Part shown: one piece after another, positions 14,657 through 23,875 of the stretch | Layout: every line of letters starts with the position of its first letter | How positions within the stretch are numbered: the stretch's first letter is position 1 | Assembly: GCF_009914755.1 (NCBI RefSeq) | Contig: NC_060941.1 | From: the human T2T-CHM13v2.0 reference genome, Homo sapiens | Direction: 5' to 3' (one strand) | DNA length: 64,000 nucleotides | Notes under the pieces: generated by a model | The model's database searches: none | The model's input: only the letters and a program-made list of their open reading frames with translations | Told to the model about the DNA's origin: nothing | Translations under genes and position numbers: made by a program

Positions 14657-15345
14657 TTTATTATTATTTTTAATTTTAGATTCAGTGGGTACATGTGCAG
14701 GTTTGTTACATGAATATACTACGTGATGCTGAGATTTGGCCTTTGATTGAACCCTTCATGCAGAGAGTGAACATAGTACCTAATAGATCCTTTTCACACC
14801 TTGCCCCACTCACTTCCTCCACCTTTTTAGAGCCCTCAGTGTCTACTGTTCCCAGCATTATGTCTGTGTGTACCCAATGTTTAGTTCCTACTTAGAAGTG
14901 AAAACATGCAGTATTTGGTTTTCTGTGTTAATTCATTTAGGATGATGGCCGCCAGCTGCATCTGTGTTGCTGCAAGGGGCATTATTTGATTCTTTTTAAT
15001 GGATACATAGTATTCCGTGGTGTAGATGTATCACATTTTCTTTATCCAACCCACTAGAGATGGCACCTAGGTTGATTCCGTGTCTTTGCTATTGTGAATA
15101 GCGCTGCGATGAACATGCGAGTGCAGGTGTCTTTTTGATTGAAGGATTTATGTTCCTTTGGGTATAAATCCAGTAATGCGTTGCTAGGCCAAGTGGTAAT
15201 TCTATTTTTAGTTCTTTGAGAACTCTCCAAACTGCTTTCCACAGGGGCTGAACTAATTTATATTCCCACCAACAGTATATGAATGTTCCCTTTTCTCTGC
15301 AACCTCACCAACATCTGTTATTTCTTGACTTTTTAATAGCCATTC
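14657..15345 (-). mobile_element. L1PA/PB 3' end fragment
   Basis: GTACATGTGCAGGTTTGTTACATG...CTTTGCTATTGTGAATAG...TTCCCACCAACAG; degenerate TSD TGGCAGTA(G/T)GTTT. Confidence 0.9.
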
Positions 15346-16340
15346 TGGCAGTATGTTTAAAAATATAAAATGTACATGCCTCTTGCGTGAGCAGTCTCAC
15401 TTCTAGAAATCACTTCTATAAAAACATATACCTAAAAATCCATCAGTTGAGGAATTATACATCGTTATATATCCAAACTATGGGATCCTCTTGACCCTTT
15501 AAAAAGAAAAAGTAGTTTTATTTGTACTAACATTGGAAATTGCATATGGTATATTGATAGATTAAAAAAGTAACTTGAGATATGTGGGTAGTATAATACC
15601 ATTTGGGTTAAATCACTTATGTGTAAAAACCAAGATATAAGAGGTTCACGTCAAGATGTTAAGGGTGATCACCTCTGGAAAGACAGTGAGTGAGACTGGG
15701 GGAAGAGGAGAATAGCAAGAACCAGGACTTTCACTCTCTTTACACATTCCTGTATTTGTTAACATTTCGCAGCGAACATCTTTGATCATTTAAAAAATTA
15801 ATGATGCATTCTTATATTGACAATTCTTATACTAAAATTTTGAAAATCCACAGGAGATAGGAAAAAATACCCCTTACTTTTGATACTATTGACATTTTGA
15901 AATGAAAGGAAAAAATGAGTTTAGTAGAGTTAATTCAGCAGAAAATATAAATATATAAGATGGCACTAAGGTATCTTTGGGGAGAAACGGGACCTGGTTT
16001 TGTTTCGCAGGTCCTTTGCCATTTGCTGTTTGATACTGGGGAAGCCACATACCTTGTCTGTGGTCCAGTTAGGTTTCTCCACTCTGCAGGTAGGGCTGAC
16101 CTACTTCCATTGGAGGAAAAACCTAGAGAGAAAGAATGTCAAGAAAGGTTCCACCTGAATGGGAAGTGTTATTGTTAGAATGTCCATGAATGAATGTCAG
16201 AGTCCAGCATCTCAGAGGCCATCATTAAATGAGGAGCAGTCTTTGTAGAAGCTGAACTCTGAAGTATGCATCATGGTGAGGAGTCAGGTGGGGATAAATG
16301 AATAAAACATAAAAGACCATGTGGTATGGTAGAGGAGGAG

Positions 16341-16341
16341 G

Positions 16342-16384
<43 letters not shown>
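16341..16384 (+). repeat. (GT)n microsatellite
   Basis: Direct reading. Confidence 0.97.
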
Positions 16385-16386
<2 letters not shown>

Positions 16387-17299
16387 AGCTTAAGAACATA
16401 AAGCAATAAAGGAGAACATTTTGATACAGCATAATAAACAATATTGGAGTACTAAGGAGGAGCTTGGAGCAATTCGATTTGGGAAGTATTAAGAGGTGTT
16501 ACATGATGATAGGAGATGGGTGCACATGCCTGTGTAAGAATGGGGAGGTGGGGACATTGTAGTGATGGGGCATTGGCATTGGGTAGCTTTGTTATTAAGT
16601 TCAAAGAGTTTCTAAAGGGAAAATAAAATCCCCATTTGAATCACAGGTGGTTCATTTTCTGAGGCAATCTCAAGAGGCACAAGATCAAATCTAGCTTGAC
16701 ACCATCCAGTACAGAACTCAGCAGTCTCTAGAAGCTGGAGCTGAGCTACAGCTTGGCTAATGAGAACTCTCCATCCTCTGCCAGCACCTCAGGGCCCATC
16801 TCTTCCTCTTTGGCAAGCAGGATACAAAGAGAGCGCAAAGCAGAGTGGGACCTAGAAGGTCACCCAGAGCATTCATTTTGCAAACTCCCCACCAGGCCTT
16901 TCCAGAAGACAGATGATCACGGTTTCACAGTTTTGCTAGAATCCGAGCCAGTGGCTTCATGCTTCGACCTGGGGTAGGTTTTAATGAAACCTAAAGAATA
17001 CTTCACACATTGACCTACCATTGGCAGTGAGGAAGAGGGGGAGATGGGCCAAACACAGCTGAACGACATCCTCTCATTTATTCATGGGGCGTGAGAGGAG
17101 TGATTGTAAAATTCAGATGAAAACTAGAAGTTAAAATTCAGAGCTCCCAGTATAAACATTTGGGTCTGGTATGAAGTTCACTTTCACCAGTAAGACACAT
17201 TGAGAAACACAAGAAACCCATTGTTCTCTGGATGTTTGTGCATTTCAGTGGTTTTGCCTGTAGGACCCTCAAGTGGAAGTTAGATTGTCTCTATTATGT

Positions 17300-17960
17300 T
17301 CTTTCTAATTTGTTAAATATTTCTTGAACTAATCTCCTTCTCACTATCTCCATTGCTACCGTTAATGTGTACACTGTTTATCACAACAGCCTTGCATCTC
17401 ATCAGTCTGCAGCCGTGGCTCATGCAATCCGTTCATCATGCTGCCTGATTCTTCTTTCCAAACATCAGCTCTTTGTCACTTCACTGCTCAGCATCTCTCA
17501 CTGACATTTGGATTGTTCAAAATCATATCCCCACTGCCCACCTTCTTGGCCACATCTCTTGTGCTTGCACCTCTCCCCACTCTGTTTTCTTCTGATTCAA
17601 TGTGACAGCTACCCAAGACTATACGTGGTTCTGCAAAAATGCAAACCTCTGTCTTGTCTTGGCACCTAGAATACCCTTTTTTTGCTAATTACTCTTTGTC
17701 TCAAGATGCGGCTGTACCAAGAGTCATCTCTAGGAAATGCTCCCTAACCTCCTTTGTGTTACGTACCATTTCCTCACACTGTGGAAGCACATGAGAATTA
17801 CTTCCATCCCAACATCTGTACTCTCCCCTAACTGGCTAGTTATTGGTCTGTCTCCCTGACTCACCTGGAAACCACCCTCAAGGTGAAAATTACGTAGTTC
17901 TGTTCATTGCATCTTGCAGAGTGCCTGGCACATCGCTGTGTGATAGGAAAGAATGAATGT
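17300..17960. mobile_element. L2 relic
   Basis: Pyrimidine-rich L2-like body ending AGAGTGCCTGGCACATC...GAATGAATG. Confidence 0.55.
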
Positions 17961-18221
17961 GTATTTTTAAATTGGGCTTCTCCTTCTCTAGTTTTTGAAC
18001 ATGTGTATGTGGGTTTCTGTTTTGCCTGATGTGACGTGAGTCAAGTCATACTCAACCTGCTGTGTTCTCAGAAATGCAGTGCGGATGAGTAAGATAAATC
18101 ATGTTAGCATCATATATAAGTGAGCTGAAGACTCTTACCACTCATCTCAGAGCACCATTAAGTAGCTGCCTACTGGGTCTCTCTAGGGTGTTCATGAATT
18201 AAAACTCCTGTGTTGTTCCAG

Positions 18222-18442
18222 GTCAGCTGTTGCCAGCAAACCGCAATACACCAAGTCCCATTGATCCTGACACCATCCAGGTCCCAGTGGGTTATGAGCC
18301 AGACCCAGCAGATCTTGCCCTTTCCAGCATCCCTGGCCAGGAAATGTTTGACCCTCGCAAACGCAAGTTCTCTGAGGAAGAACTGAAGCCACAGCCCATG
18401 ATCAAGAAAGCTCGCAAAGTCTTCATCCCTGATGACCTGAAG
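18222..18442 (+). CDS. HLF: HLF coding exon 3 (221 bp; PAR domain and basic-region extension), phase 1 start, phase 0 end
   Basis: Flanked by ttgttccag|GT and AAG|gtaaat. Translates (G)[73 protein letters not shown], recognised as human HLF; joins in frame to exon 4. Confidence 0.97.
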
Positions 18443-19960
18443 GTAAATTGGAACTGGTAATCAGTCTTTGGGCAAATGGAGAGTGGGATCCACAGACAGA
18501 TTAAAAGGGTGACCCCAGGATGATCCCAGAAGCTAGTGCATGAAGAATTTCTGATTTCTGATCCTGTTTCTTGGCATGTGACTTCTAGGCCAGTTGTTTC
18601 CTCTCTGGGTATTTTTTGAAATGCACTTTTATGTCTTGATGCTGAACAGAAACAAGGAGAAGCAGTAAAATGTTGGAGTGATTTTAAACCCATGAAGGAA
18701 ACAAACCTGCTCCTATCTGCATGGAAACCCACAAAAGTCTAATAAAATTAAACCCCACATCTTTCAAGGTTGAGAAGAGAAAGAAAATCATTTGAGAAGG
18801 GCATCTGAACCTCATTGCCCTCGAAGGGTTACCTTCCTTTTAGAAAATTTTTGATAATTTGCTGCTGCCATTTCCCTGTAGGCTGCGAGGAATAACAGCC
18901 AGAGATAGGACCTTCCTCCATATTGCCAACCTTGGATGACCAGGGTGGGATTTTGTGAAGGAAACTGGTAGTTCCCTGACACCATTTATATGTATCTTAA
19001 GTAACGATCACTTGAATATCTCACCGCTAGATTAATTCTAAGTAGGTTTTCTCTGCAGTGTTGAAGGGACACCTTATTTATAAAGGGAAATAGATTTACC
19101 TTGGAAGTCAAATACAGCTTAAAACAAAATTAACCAGACACAATAATGACATCTTAGGATGAAAATTCTTTCCAAAATTATGCCATGTCTGCTAATGCCA
19201 AAATAGAACCATTTCTTATTAACCATTGCTTAGAACTTTCATGCTTCTTTCCAATCATGTGGGTACTAGAGATATGATTATTATGTAGTCAAGGCCTTGG
19301 AACCAGGCATAATTAGCCCTTTTCTACTGTCTGCCCCCCATCTCTCAAACCTAACTATTGTTCCTATGTAGAGACACTCCTAGGCTGGGAAATAGGAATT
19401 TGAGACAACGTCTGAACTGGCTTAGACCAGTTGTTCCTGCTTTACATAGCTAGAAAAAATGCTGGAAGCAGAAGTACCTGGCAAATTTAAATCACTGCTG
19501 TCATCCACATTCCTGAGATTACCTTAATTGATGCAGAATAGGAAAACATCAGGGCTGAAGGGGACCTTAGAGATTCATTTGTCCAAAATTACCACTTGCA
19601 GTTGAGGAAATGCAGAAAATGGAAAGCTGAAGTCAGCGGATCACTACCTGTTAGAGAAAGGCTTAGCCTGGCTCCCAGGTTGTCTTGCTTCCCAAAAGGT
19701 CACAGCAGCATGTTGGCCCTGACAAGGGCTATAACGGGGGCCCATGGGTGACAAATCAATGGCTGTCACCCTGAGAATCAAAAAAGGAAATCACATGGTA
19801 AAAACACCAGAAAATCTAAACTAGTCAGGACATTGATGGTTAGACTGAGATGGGGTAAAAAAGGGGCACCATGGGCTCAGGTCTTGGGCAATTAGGTACC
19901 TTATTTCAATGAGATGCCTTTCCTAGTCTTGTCTTCTTAGTGATCCAATTTTTTATGGTG

Positions 19961-20262
19961 TTTTTTTTTTTTTTTTTTTTTGAGATGGAGTCGCACTCTG
20001 TTGCCCAGGCTGGAGTGCAGTGGCACGATCTCAGCTCACTGCAAGCTCCGCCTCCCCGGTTCAAGCCATCCTCATGCCTTAGCCTCCTGAGTAACTGAGA
20101 CTACAGGCGCACGCCACCACGCCCGGCTAATTTTTTGTATTTTTAGTAGAGACGGGATTTCACCGTGTTCGCCAGGATGGTCTCGATCTCCTGACCTTGT
20201 GATCTGCCCACCTCGGTCTTCCAAAGTGCTGGGATTACAGGTGTAAGCCACCGCGCCCGGCC
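19961..20262 (-). mobile_element. AluY-like, full length, in HLF intron 3
   Basis: Poly-T; GCAAGCTCCGCCTCC and CCAGGATGGTCTCGATCTCCTGACCT diagnostics. Confidence 0.93.
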
Positions 20263-21811
20263 TTTTTTGTGTATTTTAAAGCCTCGTATCTTAAACTAAA
20301 GCCAGGGATCCTGTTCAACCTGGATTTTCTCTTGAATGGAGGGTAGTTTGAAAGGATGCTGCTATGAGTGATAGACAGAACTTCCAGCCAGACTTTCACA
20401 AAGTCTCCAGATTTATCAAAGAGCAAGATTAGTTAATAACCCAGGTAACCTTGGCAACAAAGAGGCCAGACAAAAACCGTCTGTGCTGGAATTACACATA
20501 TTGCTGCTGTCATGGTCAGGCCTGACCTTTCCACATAGCAGGTGGGGAATGGGCAGGAACATTGTCCTGCCAGGTGTCCTTGGATATTTTTTAGTTGTGG
20601 ACGAAGTCTCAAACTAAAGACCATGAGCTAATATAAAGCAGGAAGCAGAGCTGTAACATGTTTCTCCTTCTGGCAGAAAGGTCTGAGCTAAGGGTAGATG
20701 GAGGAGAAGGTGTTTCTGGCCCCCAGCATTGGACAAGTAAACCAGTTCAATGAAATGGCCCCACTAAAAATGATCTTCCCTGTAGCTGCCTGAACTTCCT
20801 CTCTTGAGCCAATCATTAGGGTTAGCATGCATGCGCTGGAGAAAGAAGGGAGAATTGAGGTTGACATGCTGGGGTACCTAGCTGAAAATCCATTTAATTA
20901 CCTTGATTTTTTAAATGCTTTTAATGGTCCATTCATTCACTTGATGAATTTTTTCAAATGCTAGTGTGTGCCAACCCTCTAACCCTGTATCAGGGGCTGG
21001 GAATACCGAGGTGAGCCAATACTGATACTGTTCCTGCCTTCATGGAACTTGTAGTCTGGTGAGAAACAGGGAGTGTTGATCTGTTGGGTGGGGCGGGGCT
21101 AAGTGGGTCCCTTGTTGCATGGAGGTAACTGGGTAGCCAGATGGCATCAGCAACTGGGAGAGGGAAAGGGGGCAGAGGATGGAGTGCCAAGTTTATCAGC
21201 CCCGCTCAAAATCCCGCTTCCCCCCTGCCCGCAACCCTTCTGCGATAACAAAGGGAGGCGAGCAGGCTTTTCTAGTCCAGGACACTCCTTTCGTCATTCC
21301 TGCCTTCTGTATCCTCTTCTGGACCCGGTTCCCAGCTCCCCTCCCTCCCACCTGAAAGGTTTGTTTTGCATTCCACACCTTGGCTGGCTCATCTGCATGT
21401 GTGGACAGGTGAGGCTGGGAAATGAGAGCACTTTAGAAGTGAGAAGAGCTCTAATAAGCTAGAGAGAAGTTGGTTGTTACCCTGAAGTCAGCTGGTGACT
21501 CCCTGGTCATTAAGACCTGGTCAGAATTGTCTTACACCACATCAAGCCTGTGGCCTATGGTGGGACCCCCCATTCCTCCCCCATCACATACATGCAGTTT
21601 CTACAGTGTTCCAGGGGCTTGTTCTTATGTACCCCTTCGCCTCCTGGGCTCCTGTTCCCCCGTGTGCAGACTCTGATACATCCTAAATCAAGTCCTCTTT
21701 TGAGTGCTCTTGGAAACCGCACTCCCAGGCACATTGTTGGGTATAGATTTACTGATACTGTGAAGGGATTGGAACCCAGGCTTCTATCAAAACACAAATA
21801 ACTTCCATCAG

Positions 21812-21855
21812 AACTGGAGGCTTCACCACTGTTGTTAACTGGAGGCTTCACCACT
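21812..21855 (+). repeat. 19-bp direct repeat AACTGGAGGCTTCACCACT x2 (period 25)
   Basis: Exact copies at 21812-21830 and 21837-21855. Confidence 0.95.
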
Positions 21856-21873
21856 TTGGGCCCCCTCACCACC

Positions 21874-21883
21874 ATGACGTCAT
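21874..21883. promoter_or_regulatory. Perfect palindromic CRE/ATF motif ATGACGTCAT
   Basis: Sequence match only; occupancy unknown. Confidence 0.5.
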
Positions 21884-22719
21884 TGACTCGCCTGACTCCT
21901 CCCAGCCTCTCCCCTGCCTCCAGCTCCCCTGCTCGCTTTCAGAAGCACAGACAACAAATTCGGCCAACAACCATTGCACACCTGCCCTAGCTTGCTCACC
22001 CAGGTATTCTTCAAAGAGCAGCCTCCTCCCTCCTACCCAGAAGAATTCTGGTAACATCTATTTTGAAAATCGTTTTTTTACCCTGTTGCATATTGTTATG
22101 AAATGTATAAAAAGCTGGGGGTGCTTTATTTAAGATGATAGTACTAGTTTGTGGATGGCAGATAGGAGGTATCTACACAGTTTCTATCCCACACTTTCTG
22201 TATTTGTGCAGGGCAAATGCCTGTTGAGGGTAGTGGGCAGTTTTGGGGGTGGACCGCTGACCTTAGACTTTCCTTGCAGCTTTGGCCCCAACCCATGTGA
22301 CCTCCTTCAATGCCAACTGCCCCTTGGAATTCTGAGGGGTGCAAGCACTGGCCTGACCCATTTATTCTGGGTGGCATGTAACTGCAGGTAGTAGCATTGC
22401 TAGGACTGAGGGATTTGCTGTTGCAAATTGTTGAAAAAGGGGAGTTGCAAAATTCACCAGGTGCCACCATCAATGAATTGGGAAGATCTAAAAGAAGATC
22501 CCTGTTTCTTAGTCTTCTTAAGAAGTTTTTCCTTTCTGTCAGGGAGGCAGCAGTGGGGGTGGAGGGCAGGGAAGGAGGGATTGTTTTTACACTGACCACA
22601 GTAAGATATTACTCAGGCTAATTAAGGCCTAGAGAATGGTTAAACAAGAAATTAGAGTAAATTATGTAAATTCTGGCCACCAATATGAGTACATTGATTA
22701 GCGGCAGGTTGAAGATTTT

Positions 22720-23300
22720 TTTTTTTAATTTCTATTTTTAATTACCAAAGTGTATGTATCTATTATATGATATTGTAATAGTTCGGAATAATATAAAAGG
22801 TAGAAAGTCTTACATCTTTGCCTCTGCCAATCCCCCTTCTAGAGGCTCCACCTTTATAGATTAGTATAAATCTTTTTGCGCCTCTTTCTATGAATATATG
22901 ATTTTTAATCAAACTGGGATGAGACCATACATATTTGTGTGTAAACTGTCATTGTTTCCACCCACATAGTGGCATATCATATGAACATCTTTCTGGTGCA
23001 GGTGGGTCATTATTTTTAACAGCTGCCAAGTATCCCTTTGTATGACTGTATCATAACGTGGTTGTTAAATCTCCTATGCATAGTTTTTCCTCATTTTTTC
23101 TACTGCACATAATGCTGCAGTGAACAGTTTATGCTTGTGTGTACATGCACATGTATGGAGATTGCTACAGGACAAAATCCTGGAAGTGGAGTGCTAGATG
23201 AATAGTATATCCATTTAAATAGTTGATAGATATTGCCAAATTGCCTTCTAAAATTTTTGTACCAACTCATACCCAAAAAAGCATATGAGTGCCCTTGAAG
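22720..23300 (-). mobile_element. Old L1ME-type 3' relic
   Basis: ATAATGCTGCAGTGAACA...CCTGGAAGTGGAGTGCTAGATG...GATATTGCCAAATTGCC motifs. Confidence 0.7.
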
Positions 23301-23659
23301 GAAAAGGGTTCTTAAAATGTTGAGCAGGGAGAGTAAAGAAAGTTGAAATGTAATTTAAGGGTGAGGTGAGCCACCTGCTTTCATCCAGCCTCTGATCTCT
23401 GCTTCACTGAGCACGCCTCTGCTGGGCAAAGAGTAGGAGCCTGTTGGGACAGATCGGTGGGTCCTTGCTCCAAGAAGGAAGTGTGGCTCATGGGCCACAC
23501 TCTCAGACATGCAGAAACTGTAAAGGAAGGAGACACAAGCTAAGAAACCCGGGCTGGCACCTCTGCACAATCCTGGAGCCTGCCCGTGCCCTGGCTGGCA
23601 CTGGGCTTTGCTGAAATCTAATATCTTGTTTCTTTTTCCCTTCTGTAACTAATGAGCAG

Positions 23660-23875
23660 GATGACAAGTACTGGGCAAGGCGCAGAAAGAACAACATGGC
23701 AGCCAAGCGCTCCCGCGACGCCCGGAGGCTGAAAGAGAACCAGATCGCCATCCGGGCCTCGTTCCTGGAGAAGGAGAACTCGGCCCTCCGCCAGGAGGTG
23801 GCTGACTTGAGGAAGGAGCTGGGCAAATGCAAGAACATACTTGCCAAGTATGAGGCCAGGCACGGGCCCCTGTAG
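23660..23875 (+). CDS. HLF: HLF terminal exon 4 coding part (bZIP basic region + leucine zipper, TAG stop 23873-23875)
   Basis: Acceptor gagcag|GAT. Translates [71 protein letters not shown], the PAR-bZIP signature. Not listed as a + strand ORF in the track. Confidence 0.98.
   Translation, partial: DDKYWARRRKNNMAAKRSRDARRLKENQIAIRASFLEKENSALRQEVADLRKELGKCKNILAKYEARHGPL

Larger units (their letters stand above)
18443..23659 (+). other. HLF: HLF intron 3 (GT-AG, phase 0)
   Basis: GT at 18443, AG at 23658-23659; splicing gives contiguous ...DDLK|DDKYW... Confidence 0.95.

Noticed and set aside
18292-18732. 146-aa antisense ORF over exon 3
   Set aside because: Antisense shadow of a coding exon; no recognisable domain or transcript signals.
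23636-23659. U12-type branch site at the exon 4 acceptor
   Set aside because: TTCCCTTCTGTAAC does not match TTCCTTAAC and the donor is GTAAAT, not RTATCCTT.
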